Source of the DNA: an uncultured Collinsella sp.
GTDB lineage: Bacteria; Actinomycetota; Coriobacteriia; Coriobacteriales; Coriobacteriaceae
Length of the DNA stretch: 64,000 nucleotides
Direction: 5' to 3'
Assembly: GCA_900546475.1 (NCBI GenBank)
Contig: URDI01000004.1
Coordinates: forward strand, 1,451-65,450
Positions 29,037-36,684 of this stretch are shown here, one piece after another. The position numbers and the translations under genes are program-made. Below the pieces are notes generated by a model. It had not been told where the DNA came from, searched no databases, and was given only the letters and a program-made list of their open reading frames with translations. Positions within the stretch are counted from its first letter, which is position 1, and every line of letters starts with the position of its first letter.

Positions 29037-30149
29037 ATGAATCCAAATCCCTTTAAGCCAACGGCTGGTAAGCGGCCTCCGCTACTCATCGGTCGCGAGT
29101 CGGTCATCGAAGATTTTGAGGAAGGGCTCGATAACGGCGCCGGGGCGCCGGGCAGGCTCATGCTCATTACAGGAAACCGCGGCTGTGGCAAAACAGTTCT
29201 CCTGCGGGAGCTGCAACGTCTGGCCAGTGAGCGCGGATGGGCGGTTGTCTCCGATTCCGCTTCGCTTGGTTTATGCGACCGCTTGGCCGACGCACTCCGC
29301 TCGAATAAGCCCGTTGTGACGTCAATGGAGTTTGGCCCATCGTTTGGACGGATGTCGGTTGAGGCGGCGCGGGCAAAAGGCGAGACGTTGCGAGGGCTGG
29401 TCAACGAACGTCTCAAGAAACTCGGTCCAGGTAAGGGCATCCTGTTTGCGATTGACGAGGCTCAATCGGCGTCTATTGAGGAGCTGGCGGCCCTTGCCGT
29501 TCTTTATCAGCAGGTGCTGGGAGATCAGGATGCCACGGGCTTGCCCGATAGCGACCAGCGCGGTCTTGCGCTGGTCTTTGCCGGCTTGCCCAGCATGGTT
29601 GACGATCTGCTCGAAGAGCCGAGCGTGACGTTTTTGCGACGTGCCCAGCAGCGTACGTTGGGGACGATTTCTTTGCCCAAGGTGCGCGATTCGTATATCC
29701 AGACGGTCGAGTGTGCCGGTCTTTGCGTTGATGCGGGAACGGCGGACCTTGCAGCGCACAAGAGCATGGGGCATCCCTATATGGTTCAGCTGGTGGGATA
29801 TTACATGTGGCGGTCTGCTGTCCGGCGTGGCTCGCAAGTCATTGAAAGGCGCGATGTCGAGGATGGCCATGCGGATGCCGTCTCCGAGTTCTACGAAGCG
29901 GTTGACGCGCCTCTGTATTACGGACTGCGCACCCCACAGCGTCTCTTTATCGAGGCCATGGCGGTTGACGAGGACAAGCCGACGCGCATGGCGGATATCA
30001 TTGAGCGCTGCGACCGTACCCAGAGCTGGGCGAGTAAATATCGCGCAAGCCTGATTCGCGAGCGCGTCATCGAGGCTGCCGGATACGGTCTCGTCCGGTT
30101 TACCGTGCCCATGCTGAGCAAGTACATTCGCGATTGCGTTTTAATGTGA
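29037..30149 (+). CDS. AAA/STAND-like ATP-binding protein with a C-terminal winged-helix-like region
   Basis: Walker A GNRGCGKT and Walker B ILFAIDEAQ. The C-terminal part (TRMADIIERC..SKYRASLI) looks like a wHTH. The stop lies inside palindrome copy 2. Confidence 0.7.
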   Translation: MNPNPFKPTAGKRPPLLIGRESVIEDFEEGLDNGAGAPGRLMLITGNRGCGKTVLLRELQRLASERGWAVVSDSASLGLCDRLADALRSNKPVVTSMEFGPSFGRMSVEAARAKGETLRGLVNERLKKLGPGKGILFAIDEAQSASIEELAALAVLYQQVLGDQDATGLPDSDQRGLALVFAGLPSMVDDLLEEPSVTFLRRAQQRTLGTISLPKVRDSYIQTVECAGLCVDAGTADLAAHKSMGHPYMVQLVGYYMWRSAVRRGSQVIERRDVEDGHADAVSEFYEAVDAPLYYGLRTPQRLFIEAMAVDEDKPTRMADIIERCDRTQSWASKYRASLIRERVIEAAGYGLVRFTVPMLSKYIRDCVLM

Positions 30150-30175
30150 CAAAGGGACTGTCCCTTTGTCACATT
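30143..30175. repeat. Palindrome family 1, copy 2 (central base T)
   Basis: AATGTGACAAAGGGAC-T-GTCCCTTTGTCACATT, perfect 16+1+16. Confidence 0.95.
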
Positions 30176-30196
30176 CGATCAACAGGAAGGGGAGCG

Positions 30197-32689
30197 ATGG
30201 CGGTGTCGCAACAACCAAGCGCTATCGAGGTGCGTGGCGCGCGTGTCCATAACCTTAAGGACATCGATATCGATATTCCGCTGGGAAAGCTGGTGGGTAT
30301 TGCCGGCGTGTCGGGCTCGGGCAAGAGCTCGCTGGCGCTGGGTGTTTTGTATGCCGAGGGCTCGCGCCGTTACCTGGAGGCGCTCAGCACCTATACCCGC
30401 CGTCGGCTGACGCAGGCAGAGCACGCTCAGGTGGACGAGGTGCTGCACGTGCCGGCGGCACTCGCATTGCATCAGCGCCCCAGTGTACCGGGCGTGCGCT
30501 CGACTTTTGGCACCATGACCGAGCTCAACAACAGTCTGCGTCTGCTCTTTAGCCGCTGCGCCCATCACGTGTGCCCGCATTGCGGGGCGCGTGTGGAGCC
30601 GAGCCTTAACGTGGCCGCGGGCCTGTCGCTCGCGTGCCCCGCATGCGGCCGCGAGTTCTATGCGCCGGGGGCCGAGGACCTTGCCTTTAACAGTGGCGGC
30701 GCGTGTCCTACCTGCGGAGGCACCGGCGTCATGCGCGAGGTGGACGAGGCGAGCCTGGTGCCCGACGAGTCAAAGACCATCAACGAGGGCGCGGTGCTTC
30801 CCTGGGGCACGCTCATGTGGGATCTGATGAAGCAGGTGGCTGGCGAGGTGGGTGTGCGCACCGACGTGCCGTTTAACCAGCTCACGCCTGTCGAGCGCGA
30901 TATCGTGTTTCATGGTCCGGCGGTTAAGAAACACATTCTCTACGTTCCCAAAAACGGCGAGGGCGCCACGCCGCTCGACTTTACCTATTACAACGCCGTC
31001 TATACCGTTGAGAATGCGCTCGCCAAGGTTAAGGACGATAAGGGACTTAAGCGCGTAGCTCGCTTTTTGCGCGAGGGCCCGTGCCGCGATTGCGGCGGCA
31101 CGCGTCTCTCCGAGGCTGCGCGCCAGCCCCAGGTGCGTGGTATCAATCTGGCACAGGCGGCGGCCATGACGCTGGGCGAGGCGATTGAGTGGGTGCGCGA
31201 GGTGCCTTCATCCTTGCCGACCGAGATGCGGCCCATGGCGACGGACATCTGCGATTCGTTTTTGAGCACGGCGCGTCGCCTGGTCGACCTGGGGCTCGAT
31301 TACCTTTCGCTCGACCGCGCCGGTGCCACGCTATCCACAGGTGAGCGCCAGCGCGTGCAACTTGCCCGCGTGGTGCGCAACCGATCGACGGGTGTGCTCT
31401 ATGTGCTGGACGAGCCCTCGATCGGTTTGCATCCTGCCAATGTCGACGGCCTGGTAGGCGTGATGCGCGATTTGGTGGATGACGGCAACACCGTGGTCGT
31501 TGTTGACCACGATACGCGCGTTCTAGCGGAAGCTGACTATCTGGTCGAGATGGGCCCCGTTGCCGGAGCAGGCGGTGGTAATGTGATTGCTGCAGGTACG
31601 GTGGACGAGGTCGAACAATCGCAGGGCAGCCGCATCGCCCCGTTCTTGCGCTCGGACCCCAAGCGTCTGCGCCCGCAGGTGGCTGACGACGAACTGTTCG
31701 ACCTAGGCCATATCCGCATGGCGACCGATGCCATCCATACCGTCAAACCACTCGAAGTCGATATCCCGCGCGGCCGCCTTGTCGCGGTGACGGGTGTTTC
31801 GGGTTCGGGCAAGACGACACTGGTGCTCGAGACGCTCATCCCGGCACTCAAGGCGCAGGCAGCCGGCGAGCGCCTGCCCAGGCACGTGCGTTGGATCGAT
31901 GCCGAGGGTATCGCGCGCGCCAACCTGATTGACGCCACGCCCATCGGTGCCAACGTGCGCTCGACGGTGGCGACCTATGCCGACATCCATGACGAGCTGC
32001 GCCGCGCCTTTGCCCGTACGCCCGAGGCCAAGGAGGCAGGGTATAAGGCGGGCGCCTTTAGCTACAACACTGGCACCTTGCGCTGTCCTACGTGCGATGG
32101 CACGGGTTCGATATCGCTTGACGTGCAGTTTTTGCCCGATGTCGAGATCGTCTGCCCTGCATGCCGCGGCTCGCGTTATGCCGACGCAGCCTCGTATATC
32201 CATCGCGAGGGCAAGGACGGCAGCCTACTTACATTGCCGCAGCTCATGGATATGAGTGTGGACGAGGCCATTGACGCCACGTTGGGACTCAAGAAAGTCC
32301 AGGCGCGCTTGCAGACCTTGCACGACCTGGGTTTGGGCTACTTGACACTGGGCGAGCCCACGCCGGCGCTCTCGGGCGGCGAGGCGCAGCGACTTAAGCT
32401 TGCGAGCGAGATGGGCCGCGTGCAGGACGATGCCGTATTCGTATTCGACGAGCCCACGATCGGCCTGCATCCGCTCGATGTTCAGGTGCTGCTGAGTGTG
32501 TTTGACGGCCTCGTTGCCAAGGGCGCCACGGTTATCGTGATCGAACACGACCTCGACCTTATCCGTAATGCCGATTACGTGATCGACATGGGCCCGGGCG
32601 GCGGCGACGCAGGCGGACAAATCGTCTGTGTCGGCACGCCGGGTGACATCGCTGCCTGCTCCGCAAGCATCACCGGCCGCTACCTCTAA
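30197..32689 (+). CDS. UvrA-like excinuclease ABC subunit A paralog (two ABC ATPase modules with zinc fingers)
   Basis: VHNLKDIDIDIPLGKLVGIAGVSGSGKSSLA, LSTGERQRVQLA, a second GVSGSGKTTL and LSGGEAQRLKLA, plus CxxC pairs. The protein is shorter than canonical UvrA. Confidence 0.88.
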   Translation: MAVSQQPSAIEVRGARVHNLKDIDIDIPLGKLVGIAGVSGSGKSSLALGVLYAEGSRRYLEALSTYTRRRLTQAEHAQVDEVLHVPAALALHQRPSVPGVRSTFGTMTELNNSLRLLFSRCAHHVCPHCGARVEPSLNVAAGLSLACPACGREFYAPGAEDLAFNSGGACPTCGGTGVMREVDEASLVPDESKTINEGAVLPWGTLMWDLMKQVAGEVGVRTDVPFNQLTPVERDIVFHGPAVKKHILYVPKNGEGATPLDFTYYNAVYTVENALAKVKDDKGLKRVARFLREGPCRDCGGTRLSEAARQPQVRGINLAQAAAMTLGEAIEWVREVPSSLPTEMRPMATDICDSFLSTARRLVDLGLDYLSLDRAGATLSTGERQRVQLARVVRNRSTGVLYVLDEPSIGLHPANVDGLVGVMRDLVDDGNTVVVVDHDTRVLAEADYLVEMGPVAGAGGGNVIAAGTVDEVEQSQGSRIAPFLRSDPKRLRPQVADDELFDLGHIRMATDAIHTVKPLEVDIPRGRLVAVTGVSGSGKTTLVLETLIPALKAQAAGERLPRHVRWIDAEGIARANLIDATPIGANVRSTVATYADIHDELRRAFARTPEAKEAGYKAGAFSYNTGTLRCPTCDGTGSISLDVQFLPDVEIVCPACRGSRYADAASYIHREGKDGSLLTLPQLMDMSVDEAIDATLGLKKVQARLQTLHDLGLGYLTLGEPTPALSGGEAQRLKLASEMGRVQDDAVFVFDEPTIGLHPLDVQVLLSVFDGLVAKGATVIVIEHDLDLIRNADYVIDMGPGGGDAGGQIVCVGTPGDIAACSASITGRYL

Positions 32690-32691
32690 CC

Positions 32692-32726
32692 GAATGTGAC
32701 AAAGGGACTGTCCCTTTGTCACATTC
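32692..32726. repeat. Palindrome family 1, copy 3 (central base T)
   Basis: GAATGTGACAAAGGGAC-T-GTCCCTTTGTCACATTC, perfect 17+1+17. Confidence 0.95.
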
Positions 32727-32878
32727 CCGTTAAAGCCAGCATCTGTCGGCATGGCGCTTGAACAGTTTTCGCGTGAGGGTCAAAATGGCCTCAACCCATT
32801 CGCGAAATTTGCACGCCCTATAGTGAGTGGGCTCTCGCTTGAGCTGATGCTGCCAAGAGGCAGCCGATAGGGGCAATT

Positions 32879-33514
32879 ATGGACAATCGAATCTTTGGGT
32901 ATGCGCGTGTCTCTTCCGCAGACCAGAACCTGGGCCGCCAATTAGACGCGCTGGCAAGGTTTCCCGTGCAACGGAGCCAGATTTATGCTGACAAGGCAAG
33001 CGGTAAGGACTTTAAGCGTCCCCAGTACCAGCGTCTTCTTCGCAGGCTGCGCGAAGGCGACGTTCTCGTGATCAAAAGTATCGATCGTTTGGGCCGCAAT
33101 TATCGTGAAGTCCTCGATGAGTGGCGACGCATCACGGTGGATAGGAATGCTGCCATCGTGGTGCTTGATATGCCATTGCTCGATACGCGCGAGCAGCCTG
33201 ATGGCATTACGGGAACGTTCATGGCGGATCTGGTTCTTCAAATCTTGAGCTATGTGGCGCAGCTAGAGCGCGAAAACATCAAGCAACGCCAGGCGGAGGG
33301 CATCGCGTCGGCGCGTTTGCGTGGCGTGAAATTTGGAAGGCCGGCATTCGAACGCCCAGATAGCTATCGCGATGTCATCAAATTATTCGAAGGGGGAGAG
33401 GTTACGAGGCGAGAGGCTGCTGCGCTTTTGAACGTCAGCGTCTCGACGTTCGATCGTTGGAGACGGGCGGACGCGACCAGTTTTGACCGTTTGTCGTCTG
33501 CTCGTCCTCTTTAG
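32879..33514 (+). CDS. Small serine recombinase (resolvase/invertase family)
   Basis: FGYARVSSADQNLGRQ carries the catalytic Ser, with VIKSIDRLGRN and a C-terminal HTH (EAAALLNVSVSTFDRWRR). Confidence 0.9.
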   Translation: MDNRIFGYARVSSADQNLGRQLDALARFPVQRSQIYADKASGKDFKRPQYQRLLRRLREGDVLVIKSIDRLGRNYREVLDEWRRITVDRNAAIVVLDMPLLDTREQPDGITGTFMADLVLQILSYVAQLERENIKQRQAEGIASARLRGVKFGRPAFERPDSYRDVIKLFEGGEVTRREAAALLNVSVSTFDRWRRADATSFDRLSSARPL

Positions 33515-33679
33515 CTAGACATTTTGACGAGGGGAGTTAATTACACAGAGCCCACTCCTTCCCTCGATGTTTATCCAGTTCACGCCCTTGAACCAAATAG
33601 TGCCACCGCGTTGCCAATTCGTCTGCTTTTTGACGAGGGCTATATATCGTGTTTTGTTTTGTATTTAAAGGAGGACGAA

Positions 33680-34492
33680 ATGAAAAGGCGTTATGGAATG
33701 GCTCTGGTGACCGCGCTATTTGCGATGGTGTTTTGTGGGGCGCTTCTGCTGAGCGGCTGTTCGCAGTCTGAGAAGAAAAATGATGAACCTGATTATGCCG
33801 ATGACCGTGCAATGGCTGTGATTGCTCAAGGTTATCAAAAGCGGTCGGATTATATCGAATCGCTTGGAGAAGATGCTGATCTAAGCTCGAATAAAGTGCG
33901 AAAAGAGATAATTAAAACCGAGATCGATAACGACAAAGAACTCAAAAAGGCGCCTTTTAAAGACGCTAAGATGCAGGAAGATGTCATCGCCTATCTCAAC
34001 CTGCTTGACAATCAGCTTGATGTTACCAAGAAGTATGCGGAATCTGATCCTAAGTACTACGAGGAATGGGAAAAGGCCTACGACGCACGATCCGCACAGC
34101 TTAAGAAACTGGTCGATCGATATGACTTAACAGTCGATGACGAGTATCAAGATGAGTTTGACGAGCTAATTAAGAACGGTAGGACCGTAGAGGAGAAGAC
34201 GCATAACGATGAGGTTATCAACGGTTTGCTCTCATCGGCGAATTTTGAGAAAAGTGATGATGGCTACGGTCTCTATACGTACACCGCAATCGTCGAAAAT
34301 ACCTCTGACATATCGTTCGAAAACGTTTATCTAAACGTTGCCCTTTACGATGCCGATGGTGTGAGGGCGGAAGAATGCTACGCAGATACATCTGCCTGGG
34401 CGCCTGGCGAGAAGGTGAAGTTTGAGGTAATGAGCGAGGTTGACGCCTCGAGGCTTGCGCCGACGGTGTCGGGTTACAGCGTCAAGGAATAG
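33680..34492 (+). CDS. Lipoprotein, helical N-domain plus C-terminal beta domain (possible FxLYD-type)
   Basis: Lipobox LLLSGC, an AAAGGAGGA Shine-Dalgarno, and a C-terminal ..NVYLNVALYDADG.. motif. The gene is low in GC. Confidence 0.75.
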   Translation: MKRRYGMALVTALFAMVFCGALLLSGCSQSEKKNDEPDYADDRAMAVIAQGYQKRSDYIESLGEDADLSSNKVRKEIIKTEIDNDKELKKAPFKDAKMQEDVIAYLNLLDNQLDVTKKYAESDPKYYEEWEKAYDARSAQLKKLVDRYDLTVDDEYQDEFDELIKNGRTVEEKTHNDEVINGLLSSANFEKSDDGYGLYTYTAIVENTSDISFENVYLNVALYDADGVRAEECYADTSAWAPGEKVKFEVMSEVDASRLAPTVSGYSVKE

Positions 34493-34636
34493 TTCGCGGG
34501 AATTGAAATGAAAGCGCGGCCGTTTTCTTTGAACGGTCGCGCTTTGCATTGAGCCGTTGACGGAATGATTCGTGCCATCATGCTCGCGCTGGAAGATGAT
34601 GGGAACGTCGGGGCAATAAAGGAAAGGTGAAACAGG

Positions 34637-35281
34637 ATGGCAAAAACAAAATTTCTTACAACGATACCGCAAAAGGTTGCCTTTGGCGGGTTAGTCGTTG
34701 TTACGGTTCTAGCGGTTGCCTGGGGTATCTGGATGTCATTGACGCGTAATCCTACAACGATCAGCGATGATTCGATTCGCGAGGAGATCACGCCAGTCGT
34801 TAAGCTCGTGACGTACGAGTACAACTTCACCCAGCTGCTTTCAATTGATGAGGCGGGCAATCCGCTTGGGTGGGAAAACCCCTTTACGTCTAAGCGATAT
34901 GTCGCAACGATTGACGGCAAAGCTGACATCGGGATCGATGCCGATAAGATGAAGGTTACAATCGTACGGGCTAATATGGCCGATAAGAATTCAGAGGTCA
35001 AGAGCGTAAAGGTTATACTGCCTCACTCGGAGATCACCTCGTTCTCGACAGACCCCAATACGCTTAAGAAATATGTTGAGGACAATGGCTTTCTTAACTG
35101 GAATCAAGTAAGCACGGATGATCTAAACACGTTATTGAAACAGGCAAAGAAAGAGCAGACCAAGAAGGTCAAGGAAAGCAATATGCTCCAAGAATCTGAT
35201 GATAGAGCCTGCGCCCTTATCGAAAAACAGGTCAAAGCCTTATGCGGCGATGACGTCAATGTTGACGTTGCGTTTGAGTAG
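34637..35281 (+). CDS. N-terminally membrane-anchored hypothetical protein (possibly DUF4230-like)
   Basis: A single TM (FGGLVVVTVLAVAWGIWM) is followed by a ~180-aa soluble domain. The family assignment is from memory only. Confidence 0.65.
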   Translation: MAKTKFLTTIPQKVAFGGLVVVTVLAVAWGIWMSLTRNPTTISDDSIREEITPVVKLVTYEYNFTQLLSIDEAGNPLGWENPFTSKRYVATIDGKADIGIDADKMKVTIVRANMADKNSEVKSVKVILPHSEITSFSTDPNTLKKYVEDNGFLNWNQVSTDDLNTLLKQAKKEQTKKVKESNMLQESDDRACALIEKQVKALCGDDVNVDVAFE

Positions 35282-35292
35282 GGGTGAATAGC

Positions 35293-35424
35293 ATGTTGGA
35301 TAAACGGCAACAGATCGCTGGGGCCGGCTCGCTTCTGATCGGGCACTACACCACCTTTCTCGACACTACCTTCAACTCGGCATTTGGCGATGAATATACG
35401 GTTGATTTCGACTATCGGAAATAG
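35293..35424 (+). CDS. Possible 43-aa ORF filling the gap between island genes
   Basis: MLDKRQQIAGAGSLLIGHYTTFLDTTFNSAFGDEYTVDFDYRK. Its TAG overlaps the GGAGG Shine-Dalgarno of the next gene. Its own Shine-Dalgarno (GGGGTG) is weak. Confidence 0.25.
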   Translation: MLDKRQQIAGAGSLLIGHYTTFLDTTFNSAFGDEYTVDFDYRK

Positions 35425-35433
35425 GAGGTCACA

Positions 35434-36495
35434 ATGGAGGATAAAGACGATCTGGCTGTTGTCGAAAGGGAGGAGCCGCCGCGACATAAGCAGAGTTTTG
35501 ATATCCGTAAGGCCGCTGCCGGGTTGGTTGATGGCGCCGGAAGCGCGATGGCGGGCGCGGTTGCAACCGTACAGAAAGTTGCCGATGGTGCAATGCGTGC
35601 TGCAACTCCGCTGGTCGATGACGCCTTGGCAGCTATTGCTGATGCGGCCGATGGTGCGGCAGGTACTGCTGCGGATATCGGTGACGCGGTCAACGATTGG
35701 GCATACCAGCAGCAGCTTAATAGATACAGGCCGGTAACCAAGGAGACCTATCAGAGTCCTTCATTCCATTTGCCGAACATGATTCGAATTGTTGACGGAA
35801 ATGAGCGCCGGGGCATCGACGCCTGTAGAGATGCTATTGGTTGGCTGGATACTGTTAAGGGCACGCAGATTTTCAATCTGTACCGCGAGGCAATCGGGGA
35901 TAGCGAATTGTCTTTCTATCCTAAACCATCTCTTTACTCCACATATTACATAGATGCTTTTGATCGGTCTCGCTTTGTTGACCTTGACTCTTATTTTGCA
36001 ACCATGCAACAAGACAAGATGGCCGAGTTGAGACGGATTGCGTTCATGCTTGGCGCGAAGCGCTGCAAGCTGGAGGTGACGGAGTACGAGGAAACTCGGC
36101 GAGGCCGCCAGGTTAAGGGAAATGCCAAGGCGGGAAAGAAGGGCTCGGTTCGAATCGACGGTTCCTTGAGCGATTCAACGAGAAGCGAGAAGAAAATTCT
36201 GTTTACACAGGAATTTGAGGGCGACATGGTTCCACAGCGCCCTGAGCTCCATTGGTATGCCCATGACTCAGATGTTCTCTTGTTAATTGAGACGAGATGT
36301 GGTGGAGAGGATAAAAACAAGGCGAAGAGCTATCGGGTCGAATTGAAAAGTGAAACGACCATGACCATGTCTGTATCACTTGCTATGGCTATCGACGAGG
36401 CATGCAGCAAACTGAACATAAGGGCGAATTCGAGCCTGACAAGCCAAGCTAAGCGAGAACTCCGGCAATCGTTTGTATTTGAAGTTGAATTCTGA
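35434..36495 (+). CDS. Hypothetical 353-aa protein, no family recognised
   Basis: A GGAGG Shine-Dalgarno lies 6 nt upstream. The N-terminal ~90 aa are an Ala/Asp/Gly-rich low-complexity region. The C-terminal ~250 aa are globular and mix charged and hydrophobic residues. Confidence 0.75.
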   Translation: MEDKDDLAVVEREEPPRHKQSFDIRKAAAGLVDGAGSAMAGAVATVQKVADGAMRAATPLVDDALAAIADAADGAAGTAADIGDAVNDWAYQQQLNRYRPVTKETYQSPSFHLPNMIRIVDGNERRGIDACRDAIGWLDTVKGTQIFNLYREAIGDSELSFYPKPSLYSTYYIDAFDRSRFVDLDSYFATMQQDKMAELRRIAFMLGAKRCKLEVTEYEETRRGRQVKGNAKAGKKGSVRIDGSLSDSTRSEKKILFTQEFEGDMVPQRPELHWYAHDSDVLLLIETRCGGEDKNKAKSYRVELKSETTMTMSVSLAMAIDEACSKLNIRANSSLTSQAKRELRQSFVFEVEF

Positions 36496-36653
36496 TGTGT
36501 GGGGACCATTTGCTGCGGGGTTCCTGTCCTTTACGGGGTGGAAGCATAGAAACCCATACGGTGCAACTCAGTAAAAGTTAGTAATATACTGGCATCTTTT
36601 CTAGTTAAAAGCGTTTAAAACCGGTTAATTCCATTTAAATCAGTAGGTGCAAT

Positions 36654-36684
36654 ATGTGACAAAGGGACAGTCCCTTTGTCACAT
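36654..36684. repeat. Palindrome family 1, copy 4 (central base A)
   Basis: ATGTGACAAAGGGAC-A-GTCCCTTTGTCACAT, perfect 15+1+15. It contains the trmL stop codon on the minus strand. Confidence 0.95.

Larger units (their letters stand above)
32692..36684. mobile_element. Candidate ~4-kb genomic islet: serine recombinase plus a low-GC cargo operon, bounded by oppositely oriented palindrome copies
   Basis: Hand counts of 60-nt lines give 33-52% GC at 33.7-33.9 kb, against about 73% in neighbouring uvrA-like DNA. The recombinase gene sits at the left edge. Palindrome copy 3 (centre T) and copy 4 (centre A) lie at the edges. Confidence 0.45.
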
